From NCBI GenBank assembly GCA_001917135.1, contig MNTT01000008.1, positions 78,564 to 142,563 of the forward strand: 64,000 nucleotides of DNA, read 5' to 3'. Shown here in pieces: positions 37,549 to 47,706 of the stretch. The stretch comes from Acetobacter sp. 46_36 (GTDB lineage Bacteria; Pseudomonadota; Alphaproteobacteria; RF32; CAG-239). Numbering within the stretch: position 1 is the first letter of the stretch; every line of letters begins with the position of its first letter. A model generated the notes under the pieces. That model worked only from the letters and a program-made list of their open reading frames with translations, did not search any database and was not told the DNA's origin. The translations under genes and the position numbers were made by a program.

Positions 37549-38494
37549 TTTTCTTCTCCTCGCTCACCAAACGAACCGCCCTCGGAACATATTTAAGCAG
37601 CAATATCAGCAAAACGCCGCTGACAATTAATCCGATGCCCGTTTCAAACAGTCCCAACTCCGTCCCGAGATTAATATAAAGCATAGCAACAATCAATCCG
37701 CCCAGTTTAATATTGCGCCTGATTAGCGCATACCTGCCGAACCGTATAAACAGCAGCGACAACACCACCAGTATGGCTGCTGCCCGCCCTAATGTCATCA
37801 GTCCGTCATAGCCGTCAAAACCGCCAATCAGGATATAACCGGCCAAAACAATATAAAATGCGGCCAATGCTTCCTGTTTCAAAACGTTTCCGGCAGAAAA
37901 TCCGGGAAAAAGCCCGGCTATCCCGCGGCCGCATCCGGCAGCTGCCAGCAAAACTGCCATCAAGACTTCAAAATTCCAAACAAAATCCACAACATTGTCG
38001 CAGACATAAATAATTCCCCAAACCAGAAACAACGGTACCCAAAAATAAGAAACCAGCTTTTGCCCCGTAACAAACAAAAGCGGTGCGGCAACCAGACACC
38101 AGACAGCCAAAGGATCATAGATTTTTCCGCCGCTGAGCTGAAAAACCTGAATAATCAGGCCTATACCAGCCCCGACAAGAAAAAACTCTCCCAGAAGCAT
38201 TTTTTCAGCTGCTGCACGCTTTCCCTGACTCTGCCAATGCCAGACCAGACCTCCGGTACCCGCAAGCAATGCCAACATTGTTGCCAGCTTTGCCGTCCTG
38301 CCGATATCCTGCCAGTTGGACGCAATCAGAGAAATGATGCCCAGCCCGACAGTAAAAATCCCCAGCAGCATCAATGCCCGGCTGACTAAAGCAAGGCTGT
38401 CCGCATTGTCATCATATTCTAAAATCTGCTGCTTTTGTGTCTGGGTAATAATTCCCGCCGCCACAAGCTTGTTCAGCTTTTTTGCCTTAAACAT
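37541..38494 (-). CDS. Polytopic membrane protein (DUF2157-like), partner of the GDYXXLXY protein
   Basis: 317 aa with about 9 TM helices. Its position directly upstream of, and overlapping, the GDYXXLXY gene matches the known DUF2157/GDYXXLXY neighbourhood. Confidence 0.5.
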   Translation of the reverse strand: MFKAKKLNKLVAAGIITQTQKQQILEYDDNADSLALVSRALMLLGIFTVGLGIISLIASNWQDIGRTAKLATMLALLAGTGGLVWHWQSQGKRAAAEKMLLGEFFLVGAGIGLIIQVFQLSGGKIYDPLAVWCLVAAPLLFVTGQKLVSYFWVPLFLVWGIIYVCDNVVDFVWNFEVLMAVLLAAAGCGRGIAGLFPGFSAGNVLKQEALAAFYIVLAGYILIGGFDGYDGLMTLGRAAAILVVLSLLFIRFGRYALIRRNIKLGGLIVAMLYINLGTELGLFETGIGLIVSGVLLILLLKYVPRAVRLVSEEKKNA

Positions 38495-38857
38495 AATTTT
38501 CGCACCTCCGCAAACTTTTTCTTTTCCTGGTTTTCAACAGCTTTAAACATCTTATCTGCAATGCCTGTCCCGACTAAACTTTAATCTGAGCGGATTAAAA
38601 AAACATTAACACCGTTAGTATCGGTTTCTTCTCCGTGTTTTAAACTAACCTGCCATATTTAAGCCGTTTGCCTTTCCTTTGCAACTATCATCATCTCCCC
38701 CAAACTTACCGGCACAAACCTTAATAATATAACATTCTTCATACTTAAAGGGCTGACAATACACCTGCCAGCCCTCTTCGCTTATTGGAAAAAAACTAAT
38801 TTCTGTTATATTATTTTAGCTGATGTCCTCTCGACAAATGTACCTATGTCCTGTTAT

Positions 38858-39688
38858 CTAATGTCCGCTATTCCCTTTCAGTTTACGAAGCAGCATTGAT
38901 TTTAATTTTCCCGCAAAACCCTTTTCGTTTTTCTCTTCCTGTTGCGGTTCCTGCCGTTCCCCCTGCAGTGAAGCGGTTCCTTTTCCCAAAGCTTTATTAC
39001 ATCTCGCTAACGCTTCCTGTACTTTCTGCTCTTTACAGCCGGAGGCGGAGCGGGCTTCTTGCATATCCGTACGCTTTTTACCCGCTGCTTTATCTTGACT
39101 TTCCGGCTTTACAATCTTTTCAGCTAACTGCTTAGCGGCCTCTAAATCCCCTTTAAGCAGCAACTCTGCCAATTTTCTATCCCCCGCATCAACAGCCGGC
39201 TCTGAGTGGTTAGATTTTGACTGATGTGCCTTGGCTTCTTCTGCTTGCACGACCAACTCAGCTAATGAAACATCCCGCTCTGATTTACGCCCCTCAAGCT
39301 TTGCCTCAGCATAAACAAGTTTTTCACTCAATCCATCCAATCTCTCAAAATCGGAATACGGCATCGCATCTATCGTATTTCGACGCCAGGCATCAATTTC
39401 TTCTTTATTTTCCACCTTAAACTCAAGCCACCTCCCCGGAGCAAAATGTTTTCCATATTCAATGGCTTTATTCCTATTAAATACAATACTTACCAAATCG
39501 CCATTAGAAAATGAATAAGCCTCATACTCTCCAGATAGCTCTTTATCCAAAAACCATGCCTTATCACAACTACCTTTATCATCATAATGTTCAACCGTTA
39601 TTGCGGAACATATCTTACCTGTTTGTTCATCATATTTAAAACTAAACAGACATGATTTCGGATCAAAATCTTTCGGCAGATTATCCAC
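38858..39688 (-). CDS. Hypothetical protein, probably the downstream half of a frameshifted gene
   Basis: 276-aa ORF whose 5' end overlaps the upstream same-strand ORF (39598-39984) by about 90 nt in a different frame. The C-terminal half is Lys/Glu/Ala-rich. Confidence 0.4.
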   Translation of the reverse strand: MDNLPKDFDPKSCLFSFKYDEQTGKICSAITVEHYDDKGSCDKAWFLDKELSGEYEAYSFSNGDLVSIVFNRNKAIEYGKHFAPGRWLEFKVENKEEIDAWRRNTIDAMPYSDFERLDGLSEKLVYAEAKLEGRKSERDVSLAELVVQAEEAKAHQSKSNHSEPAVDAGDRKLAELLLKGDLEAAKQLAEKIVKPESQDKAAGKKRTDMQEARSASGCKEQKVQEALARCNKALGKGTASLQGERQEPQQEEKNEKGFAGKLKSMLLRKLKGNSGH

Positions 39689-39984
39689 CGTGTACCCATT
39701 CCATGGTCATCGACAAAAACAGCTGAACGGCCTTTCCCCGGCACATCATAAAATATATCGCAATCCGCTTGTATGCACCCCTTCGAATACGGAGAAGAGG
39801 CCATTTCCACATCTTTCAAACGTTCCCTTCTGCTGCGTCTCTTTAATTCTTCATACATGGCATCTATTTCCTCTTGAGTACTTAAGTGAGAAAAGCTAAC
39901 TGCGTACCCTCCTCCGCAAGCATAAACAAGCTCATTTTTTTGCTTTTGCTCAGCATTAAAAAATTCATTATAACTTTTGGTCAT
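39598..39984 (-). CDS. Hypothetical protein, probably the upstream half of a frameshifted gene
   Basis: 128-aa ORF overlapping the next ORF. The overlap suggests a frameshift pseudogene, a programmed frameshift, or a sequence error. Confidence 0.35.
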   Translation of the reverse strand: MTKSYNEFFNAEQKQKNELVYACGGGYAVSFSHLSTQEEIDAMYEELKRRSRRERLKDVEMASSPYSKGCIQADCDIFYDVPGKGRSAVFVDDHGMGTRWIICRKILIRNHVCLVLNMMNKQVRYVPQ

Positions 39985-40238
39985 GGCACATTTTCCTTCT
40001 ACAATATTAATTCTCGCACAAAAAATATTTAATAATATCGTACCACTTTATTCATTGCAAAATAAACAAGCTAATCAACTGAATTTAATTATTATTTTTT
40101 CTTGATAGCTGCTGAAAAAAATGGTACGTATTTTTTCAGCAGGCAACTGTATTTTCCCTTAGCAAAATATCAAATATACCAATACGGCTGAACTGTATGT
40201 TTAGCGCGCAGTTTTCCGAAACTTTTTCATTCAGTATA

Positions 40239-40270
40239 CAAAAAAGGCTCGCGATTTTCATCGCGAGCCC
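40239..40270 (-). terminator. Rho-independent terminator directly after rpoA
   Basis: Minus strand reads GGCTCGCGAT-gaaa-ATCGCGAGCC followed by TTTTTTG, about 25 nt after the rpoA stop. Confidence 0.7.
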
Positions 40271-40292
40271 TTCCACAATATTTTAGATTCTC

Positions 40293-41303
40293 TTAAAAAT
40301 GCTCATCACACTTTTTAATTAATTCTTCAATATTCTCCGGCGGCCATCCCGGGGTTTCCATACCAAGATGAATACCCATCTTCGCCAGAACTTCCTTGAT
40401 TTCATTCAAAGATTTGCGGCCGAAATTCGGCGTGCGGAGCATTTCCGCTTCCGTTTTCTGAACCAAATCGCCAATGTAAACGATATTGTCATTCTTCAGG
40501 CAGTTTGCCGAACGAACCGACAATTCAAGCTCGTCAACCTTGCGCAGAAGATTTCTGTCAAACGGCAGTTCTTCCTTAATATCTTCAGCTTCGCTTTCAG
40601 GTTCGTCAAAATTAATGAACGGCTTCAACTGATCCTGAAGGATTCTCGCCGATAAGGCAACCGCATCTTCCGGCGTAACCACGCCATTGGTTTCAACAAC
40701 CATTGTCAGTTTATCATAATCTGTATTCTGCCCGACACGGGTTTTATCAACCTTATACGATACTTTCCTTACCGGAGAATAAATCGCATCAACTGCAATC
40801 AGACCGATTGGGGCATCTGCAGTCTTGTTCTGAACTGCCGGAACATAACCCTTGCCGGTTCCGACCGTCAGTTCCATAGCGATTTTCGCCCCCGCATCAA
40901 GCGTGCAGATGACATGATCCGGATTCATAATTTCAACATCATGTCCGGTTTCAATCATTCCTGCCGTAACAACCATCGGCCCTTCAGCCTTCAGGCGCAT
41001 CGTCTTCTGCCCTTCGGAATGAACCGCTACAGCGAGTCCCTTGATATTCAGGATAACATCGGTAACATCTTCGCGCACACCTTCGATAACCGAAAATTCA
41101 TGCAGCACGCCGTCAATTTTTACTGCGGTAACCGCTCCGCCCTGCAAAGAAGACAATAAAACTCTTCTCAGCGCGTTACCCAGAGTTAAACCAAAACCTC
41201 TCTCTAAAGGTTCGACAACTATCTTAGCAACATTCCTGCCTTCGCCTGGAACAACCTCTAGATTAGTTGGTTTTATAAGTTCTTGCCAATTCTTCTGAAT
41301 CAC
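40293..41303 (-). CDS. rpoA: DNA-directed RNA polymerase alpha subunit
   Basis: 336 aa. Shows an rpoA N-terminal domain (...[57 protein letters not shown]...) and a C-terminal domain (..[21 protein letters not shown]..). Confidence 0.95.
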   Translation of the reverse strand: MIQKNWQELIKPTNLEVVPGEGRNVAKIVVEPLERGFGLTLGNALRRVLLSSLQGGAVTAVKIDGVLHEFSVIEGVREDVTDVILNIKGLAVAVHSEGQKTMRLKAEGPMVVTAGMIETGHDVEIMNPDHVICTLDAGAKIAMELTVGTGKGYVPAVQNKTADAPIGLIAVDAIYSPVRKVSYKVDKTRVGQNTDYDKLTMVVETNGVVTPEDAVALSARILQDQLKPFINFDEPESEAEDIKEELPFDRNLLRKVDELELSVRSANCLKNDNIVYIGDLVQKTEAEMLRTPNFGRKSLNEIKEVLAKMGIHLGMETPGWPPENIEELIKKCDEHF

Positions 41304-41385
41304 CGGAATACCCTCTTTACTAGTTTATACGCTACACTCAAACAGGCAGGAGGAAGGTGAACCTTCCTCTGCCAAAACTTAAAAA

Positions 41386-41772
41386 TTAAACTCTGCGGCG
41401 TTTTCTTAAACGGCAGCCGTTATGCGGAATAGGAGTTACATCGCGGATGGAAGTAATGGTAAAACCGATAACCTGCAAAGCTCTGATTGCCGATTCGCGT
41501 CCTGAACCAGGTCCCTTAACTTCGACTTCCAATGTTTTCATACCGTTTTCCTGAGCTTTCTTACCGGCTTCTTCCGCAGCAACCTGTGCAGCATAAGGCG
41601 TAGACTTTCTGGAGCCTTTAAAGCCCTGAGCACCGGCTGTCGACCAGGAAACTGTGTTTCCCTGAGCGTCCGTAATCGTAACTCTTGTATTGTTAAATGT
41701 AGAATTTACATGAGCAACACCGGATGTGATGTTCTTTTTCTCTTTTCTTTTAACTACTGTTTTTGCCATCAC
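41386..41772 (-). CDS. rpsK: 30S ribosomal protein S11
   Basis: ..[70 protein letters not shown]. Confidence 0.95.
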   Translation of the reverse strand: MMAKTVVKRKEKKNITSGVAHVNSTFNNTRVTITDAQGNTVSWSTAGAQGFKGSRKSTPYAAQVAAEEAGKKAQENGMKTLEVEVKGPGSGRESAIRALQVIGFTITSIRDVTPIPHNGCRLRKRRRV

Positions 41773-41780
41773 TGCCTCAC

Positions 41781-42149
41781 TTACTTCTTCTTGTTAGCCA
41801 CGGTCTTGCGCTTGCCCTTGCGGGTTCTCGCGTTCTGCTTCGTGCTCTGGCCGCGTACGGGCAGGCCTTTACGATGGCGCAGACCGCGGTAACAGCCCAA
41901 ATCCATCAGGCGCTTGATATTAACCGCAACATCACGGCGCAGTTCGCCTTCAACAAGGTAGTCTTTGTCAATTACTTCACGGACTTTGGCAATATCTTCG
42001 TCCGTCAGTTCATGAACGCGGCGTTCACCAGCAACGCCCGCTTTTGCACAGATAACCTGTGCTGTTTCTCTCCCTATGCCATAGATAGAGGTCAGTGCAA
42101 TCTCTAATTTCTTGGCGGTAGGAATATTTACACCAGCTATACGAGCCAA
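41781..42149 (-). CDS. rpsM: 30S ribosomal protein S13
   Basis: [39 protein letters not shown]...[24 protein letters not shown]. Confidence 0.95.
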   Translation of the reverse strand: MARIAGVNIPTAKKLEIALTSIYGIGRETAQVICAKAGVAGERRVHELTDEDIAKVREVIDKDYLVEGELRRDVAVNIKRLMDLGCYRGLRHRKGLPVRGQSTKQNARTRKGKRKTVANKKK

Positions 42150-42407
42150 ATTAACTCTCCATTATTTAAACAATTAAACCATTCAAAAAGTTGATCACCA
42201 CTTTTCAAAATTAATGCGGATTATAGGGCATAATTTAATAGAGTCAACAATTCTTTTAAAAAAAATACAAAATTTTTAACAATTTTTACAAATTATTAAA
42301 CAGCATTTTGCGAATCGTCATTTCCATTATCAACCAACGTTTCCAAATCAAAAAGAAACTTGCGCCCCTGCCGGGCAGCGCCGCACCGGATTGCTTTCCG
42401 TTCAGGA

Positions 42408-43076
42408 TTACTCTGTCAGCCCGAGCACTCTTTCAATCTTTCCGGCCACGGCCTCAATCGTTCCTGTTCCGTCCACACAACGGAGCAGCCCTTTCTTTTC
42501 AAAAAAAGGAATGGTCGGATAAGTAAGAGCACGGAAATTGACCAGCCGGTTATGCACCGTCGTCCGGTTGTCATCATGCCTGCGGGAAAATTCCGTTCCG
42601 CCGCATTCATCACAGACGCCGTAAATTTTCGGTTTCAAAAACTTGTCATGATACCCCCGGCCGCATTTCATGCAGGCATAGCGCCCCAATATGCGCTCCA
42701 TAATAATCTCGTCGGGAACCTGTATTTCAATCACGGCATCAAGTTTCTGCCTCTTTTCAGCCAGCATCCCTTCTAAAATTTCCGCCTGATTAAGCGTCCG
42801 GGGGAAACCGTCCAAAAGAAAACCGTGCCGGCAATCCTCTTTACCGATTCGCTCTTCAACCATTCTGATAATCAGTTCGTCGGAAGCAAAGCCGCCGTCG
42901 TCAAGAGCCATTTTCAGTTCTTTGCCCAGCGGCGTTTCTCTTTTGATTTCCGCCCGCAGCATTTCTCCCGTAGAGAGATGGCATATTCCGGCTTTTTCAC
43001 ACAAAATGCGTGCCTGGGTGCCTTTTCCGCACCCGGGCGCGCCGGTAAATACCACAAATAAATCTTTGTCAGGCAT
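42408..43076 (-). CDS. adk: Adenylate kinase (long form with Zn-binding lid)
   Basis: P-loop GAPGCGKGTQA and a lid with a Cys4 cluster (CMKCGRGYH...CDECGG). Positioned between secY and rpsM, as in alphaproteobacterial clusters. Confidence 0.9.
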   Translation of the reverse strand: MPDKDLFVVFTGAPGCGKGTQARILCEKAGICHLSTGEMLRAEIKRETPLGKELKMALDDGGFASDELIIRMVEERIGKEDCRHGFLLDGFPRTLNQAEILEGMLAEKRQKLDAVIEIQVPDEIIMERILGRYACMKCGRGYHDKFLKPKIYGVCDECGGTEFSRRHDDNRTTVHNRLVNFRALTYPTIPFFEKKGLLRCVDGTGTIEAVAGKIERVLGLTE

Positions 43077-43079
43077 TTC

Positions 43080-44429
43080 CTATTTCTTTCTCTTGCTGAC
43101 CAGCGAAGCTTTCTTCAAAAGCCCTTCATACTGATAGGCAATCAGGTGCGACTGAACCTGCGTAATGAAGTCCATCGTTACCTGAACCACGATGAGCAGG
43201 GTCGTACCGCCCAAAACAAACGGAACCGACAGTTTCGCAATCAAAATCTCCGGCAGAATGCACAGCGCAGCCAGATAAAACGCGCCGAGCACCGTCAGGC
43301 GGGTAACCACATAATCCAGATATTCGGCCGTATTTTTGCCCGGACGGATACCGGCAATAAAGCCGCCATGCTTCTTAAGGTTGTCCGCGGTTTCTTCCGG
43401 ATTGACCACAACGGCGGTATAGAAGAAAGCGAAAAAGACAATTAAGAAGGCATACAGAGCCAGATACAACGGCTGTCCGTGTCCCAGATAACGGCTGAGC
43501 GTCTGCACCCATTCCGGCCCGTTGTTGGACCAGATGTTGGCTACCGTAATCGGCAGCAGCAGCAAAGCACTGGCAAAAATCGGCGGAATAACGCCCGTCG
43601 GATTAACCTTCAACGGCAGATGCGAGCTCTCGGCCGATGTCATGCGCAGGCCGACCTGCCGCTTCGGATACTGCACCAGAATTTTGCGCTGAGCCATTTC
43701 AACCTTCAGGATAATAAAGACCAGAGCTATGCTCATGATAAACAGGCTGAGGATAACCAGCGGCGACATAGAACCAATGCGCCCCAATTCCAAAGTCTGG
43801 GCAATTGCCGACGGAATATTGGCAATAATGCCGACCGTAATGATTAACGACGAACCGTTGCCGACGCCGCGCGACGTAATCTGTTCGCCCAGCCAGACGA
43901 TAAACATCGTACCGCCGGTCAATGAAATAATCGTCGAAAAGATAAACGTATACGGCGCAATGACAACCGCGCTGGAACCGTCGCCGTTAGCCAGGCTCAT
44001 CAGCCCGACGGCAATGCCGTATCCCTGAACAATCGTAATCAGAACCGTCAAAAGTTTTGTATAGTGCATCATTTTGCGATGTCCGGCCTCGCCTTCTTTT
44101 TTCAAAGCGGCAAGCGAAGGGACGATGGACTGCCCGAGCTGCAGGATAATCGACGCCGAAATATACGGCATAATGTTGAGGGCAAAAATTGTCATACGTT
44201 CCAACGCACCGCCGGAAAACATATTAAACATTCCCAAAATGCCGTTTGAATGTCTGGCAAAAATCTCAGCCAGTACGCGGGAATCAATACCCGGAAGAGG
44301 AATAAAGGTTCCCAGGCGGAAAACAATCAACGCCAAGACCGTAAACAACAGGCGCTTTTTCAAATCCGTCGCCTTGCTGAAGACGGACGCGTCCATATTT
44401 GCAGCCATTTTTTCTGCTAATGATACCAT
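43080..44429 (-). CDS. secY: Preprotein translocase subunit SecY
   Basis: 449 aa with 10 TM helices and a SecY signature region (..LNIMPYISASIILQL..). Confidence 0.95.
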   Translation of the reverse strand: MVSLAEKMAANMDASVFSKATDLKKRLLFTVLALIVFRLGTFIPLPGIDSRVLAEIFARHSNGILGMFNMFSGGALERMTIFALNIMPYISASIILQLGQSIVPSLAALKKEGEAGHRKMMHYTKLLTVLITIVQGYGIAVGLMSLANGDGSSAVVIAPYTFIFSTIISLTGGTMFIVWLGEQITSRGVGNGSSLIITVGIIANIPSAIAQTLELGRIGSMSPLVILSLFIMSIALVFIILKVEMAQRKILVQYPKRQVGLRMTSAESSHLPLKVNPTGVIPPIFASALLLLPITVANIWSNNGPEWVQTLSRYLGHGQPLYLALYAFLIVFFAFFYTAVVVNPEETADNLKKHGGFIAGIRPGKNTAEYLDYVVTRLTVLGAFYLAALCILPEILIAKLSVPFVLGGTTLLIVVQVTMDFITQVQSHLIAYQYEGLLKKASLVSKRKK

Positions 44430-44579
44430 TTTTATTTCCTTAAAATTATTACTTGTAAGTCGTATCGGAGAAAAAAATCCTTCCCCAAGTCTGTTTGAAC
44501 TTAATACATAAAATTTAATTTTGCCTTTAAAAAGTGAGTTTTTTCCACTGGATTTAAAAAAATGTCGCCTGTTCGCCAG

Positions 44580-44770
44580 TTTTCCGCCCGCACATTAACC
44601 GCTCGCCGGCACCTGTCCCCCTCCGCCGTTTTTCCGTACTTGTCCTCCCCGTCTGTTTCTCCGTTCTTATTCTCTCAGTCGTTTTCCGTTTTTATCTTCC
44701 CAGCCGTTTTCCCATTCTTCTCCTCCCTGCCGTTTTTCCGCCTTTGTCCTTTCAATCGGCTTTGCCTGCC
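44580..44770. repeat. Pyrimidine-rich (C/T) low-complexity tract on the + strand
   Basis: cccctccgccgtttttccgtacttgtcctccccgtctgtttctccgttcttattctctcagtcgttttccgtttttatcttcccagccgttttcccattcttctcctccctgccgtttttccgcctttgtcctttc. Similar in composition to 15600-15870. Confidence 0.7.
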
Positions 44771-44915
44771 GACAGTCAGCAGCCTGTACTTGATTTAAAA
44801 CGATTTTTTTCACATTGTTTTCCCAAAACACTGGACAAAGGACAACTTTCATGCTATATTAAAAATTAAGATAAACAGGATTAAATATTTATATCAAAAG
44901 AGGAAAATATAAAAG

Positions 44916-46403
44916 ATGTCAAAGGCCAAAATCATCGCGGGCGCAGGAATCATAGCTGCCGGTGCTGCTCTTTCAGGACTGCCGGAACCCAATGCCGCCA
45001 AAGCTGAATCCCCGGAACAAACCGCAAAAGAAATTACAGTCGGCGCTCAGCCGTCCGCTTTGCAAATTGCAGAGTTAAACGCGGCCGCCGGACATCTTCC
45101 CGACAATGAAACAGTTTCCGTGCAAAACCATGCCGCCGTTAAACGCGCGGCAGAAAAAGTCTACCACCGTTTTGAAGACATCCCCGCCATCAGCGATGCT
45201 GAAGCTTTCGCCTACAAGCGCAGCGAATACACCTACATAATCAATGCCGACCTGTACGAGAAAAGCGGAAAAATAGAACTGAAACGCGTCCTGGCGGATG
45301 AACTGACCAAAGCCAACGCTTTAAGCCTCGTGTACCGCAGCGAATGCCAGACTTATAATCCTAAAAAGAATGAAGACCAGCTGGCAAAATATGTTGTCGA
45401 CCTCCGCATTATGAGCAAAACCGGAATCACCAAGGGTCCGTCGCAAATGGACGACAATGCCGTCAGATCCTTCATCAAATATCTGGCAGCCAATCCCGAA
45501 ACCAGACAATACGTCCTGCCGCTGCTGACTGTTTCGAAAGGAAACGTCAATGATGCCGCCAGAGAGCTTGAGCACAAGTTTTTTGATGAAAACGGCGACC
45601 TCCGCCCGATGGATGAAAGGGACGCAGCGCTGCACGGACAGGTTTATGCCAATTTAAAATTAAAAACCGACGCTTGGAGCAAAATCGCTTCTCCTGCCCT
45701 GAAAAGGTTCATTGCAAGCGAAGAAGCCCGCATGAGCAAAAACGCAGGAAAAACCATAACCTTAAGCAGTACGACCAAAAACTATCTCTGTCTGACCGAA
45801 CTGTTCCCGTCGGAAGAAATGCTCAAAAAACAGATTGAAGATTACAATTTAAGCTTTTATCAGCTTGGGCGTCCCGGCAAAACCAAACACGTTACCGCTG
45901 CTCTGGCTCGCAGCCTGAACTTGAAAGACGAGCACGGCAATTTGGATGCGACCCGTATTCCGCCGTTTGCCATTGCCGCGGCAATCAGCAACATCAACTG
46001 GAAAGGAAACGGCAAAGCAGCACTAAAAGATGCCCAAAATCTCCGTAAAGACATAAACGCCCGTCCCGGAGAGAAAAATCAGATACTGCGCAGCACGGTC
46101 AAAAACTGGGTAACCGGAAAAAGCAAACGCTACGGGGTCGATGAAATGTACGAGCTGAATATCATCACCCCGGACATCATCCGCCAGTATAAAGAGCTTG
46201 AATTGTCGGGAGCACGCCGGCTGGCCTCTGATTATCAAAAAGCCGTCGAAATAGCCGAAAGCAAAATGCGTATCGCTGCGCATAACAACGACCGAAAAGA
46301 TTCGATGCAGGCTGCCGCCGTACCTGAAACCCGCAAACAAACCCCGCTGGAAAAAGGAAAAACACTGTTTCTGTCTGCCGTTGATTTTATCCGCGGACGT
46401 TAG
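44916..46403 (+). CDS. Hypothetical secreted protein (495 aa)
   Basis: N-terminal signal-like segment (MSKAKIIAGAGIIAAGAALSG...). An RBS (AGAGGAAAA) lies upstream. No domain recognised. Confidence 0.5.
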   Translation: MSKAKIIAGAGIIAAGAALSGLPEPNAAKAESPEQTAKEITVGAQPSALQIAELNAAAGHLPDNETVSVQNHAAVKRAAEKVYHRFEDIPAISDAEAFAYKRSEYTYIINADLYEKSGKIELKRVLADELTKANALSLVYRSECQTYNPKKNEDQLAKYVVDLRIMSKTGITKGPSQMDDNAVRSFIKYLAANPETRQYVLPLLTVSKGNVNDAARELEHKFFDENGDLRPMDERDAALHGQVYANLKLKTDAWSKIASPALKRFIASEEARMSKNAGKTITLSSTTKNYLCLTELFPSEEMLKKQIEDYNLSFYQLGRPGKTKHVTAALARSLNLKDEHGNLDATRIPPFAIAAAISNINWKGNGKAALKDAQNLRKDINARPGEKNQILRSTVKNWVTGKSKRYGVDEMYELNIITPDIIRQYKELELSGARRLASDYQKAVEIAESKMRIAAHNNDRKDSMQAAAVPETRKQTPLEKGKTLFLSAVDFIRGR

Positions 46404-46615
46404 TTAACTGCCCCTTCTTCCAGATGCCTGCCGGAGCAGATAAACGCCGACAGCCGTTCCCCTTTCCGGAAATGCCGTAAAATTTCGGCATTTCTGGTGT
46501 TTGCTTCAAAAACATCAATGCCGGCAGGCACTTTTTTTCGGTAATCAGTTCAACAATACGCGTTTCATTGTTTTGAACCTCGTTGCTCTTGCCCGTTTTC
46601 GACTGTTCGGGCTGT

Positions 46616-47497
46616 TTACTTCTCCGCTACTTTCCTTCTCCGGATTTCCGCCGCCAGCTCTGCCCCGATTTCAGATGTTATCACTCTTTTTTCCTTGCCG
46701 GAAATTTTATCTTCGGCAATATTATCGGCCGCAACAGCGCCGGAAAGCTTTCCCCGTACAGCATCTAAATGTTTCTTTATTCTCTCCTTTTTCCATTCTG
46801 AAACTTTAGCCTTTTTCCCTTCTTCAAAATCCTTTTGCGCGCGCTCTTGCTTCAGCTCCTGAGCCGTTCGTTTTTTCGGCAAAAACGGTATTTCGTTATT
46901 AAACTGCGCATTGATATGATGTCCATATCCGTCTTGTGAATTTCCAGGCATTTTATATTCAAAACTGTCCTGAATAACCTGCTCATTTTTCAAAGAGCGA
47001 AATGTACCATAAGATTGCATATCCATATACATAGTCAAATCCCTGCCTGTTTCCCTGTCCACAAACTTGCCCTCAAGCGTATACGGTATATAAGTCATCT
47101 CCGGCAGCAAATTCTGGTTAAGCAGCGCATTAACCGGACCGGAAAATTCAACGCTGCTTCCTCCTTTTTCACGCGGGGTTATTTCATAGTTATAACCTCC
47201 CCAGGCTGTCGTGATTGATAACTTTCCTTCCTCTTCTTTCACAGACGCATAACTATTATCATACTCCGGATCTTGCAATATATAATCTCCATAAATATCC
47301 TTATATTCCGAATTTCTGAAATCAATAAACTTCCAACGCCTATACTTCTTCGGACGTTCTTTCATATCCCGAACCAAATCATCAACGCTCTCTTCAATTT
47401 CAAAACGAAATTTTGAGTGAGCATCTCTCGGAAGCGGATTATCACCCATCTCCATATTAATATTGTCCTGAATTTCCTTATTATTTAACTTAGCCAT
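46616..47497 (-). CDS. Hypothetical protein (293 aa)
   Basis: ORF with an RBS (AGGAGG). The C-terminal tail is Lys/Glu-rich. No motif recognised. Confidence 0.45.
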   Translation of the reverse strand: MAKLNNKEIQDNINMEMGDNPLPRDAHSKFRFEIEESVDDLVRDMKERPKKYRRWKFIDFRNSEYKDIYGDYILQDPEYDNSYASVKEEEGKLSITTAWGGYNYEITPREKGGSSVEFSGPVNALLNQNLLPEMTYIPYTLEGKFVDRETGRDLTMYMDMQSYGTFRSLKNEQVIQDSFEYKMPGNSQDGYGHHINAQFNNEIPFLPKKRTAQELKQERAQKDFEEGKKAKVSEWKKERIKKHLDAVRGKLSGAVAADNIAEDKISGKEKRVITSEIGAELAAEIRRRKVAEK

Positions 47498-47706
47498 TTT
47501 AGCCTCCTGCTGTTGAAATAAAATGATCCTTTTTTCTCAACAAAAAAAGAAAAGCAATATCTCAGACATCGCACTGATATTGCTTTTTTATTTGACAGAA
47601 AGACCGCTTTATGCTATATTGAATTTAAACCATCGTTTTATTTCAACAACTTATGACTATATTTTTAAGAATTATATTTTGAACGGCATTTATACTTTCG
47701 CACGGC

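Noticed and set aside
38720-38760. Hairpin GGGCTG...CAGCCC at about 38738-38768 as a terminator
   Set aside because: It is followed by only a weak T-tract (tcttcgc) and no + strand gene ends nearby. It was kept out of the feature list.
42150-42407. Expected rpmJ/infA genes between adk and rpsM
   Set aside because: Scanned the minus strand. Only very short ORFs (e.g. MTIRKMLFNNL*) are present and none resembles L36 or IF1. Their absence is consistent with alphaproteobacterial gene order.
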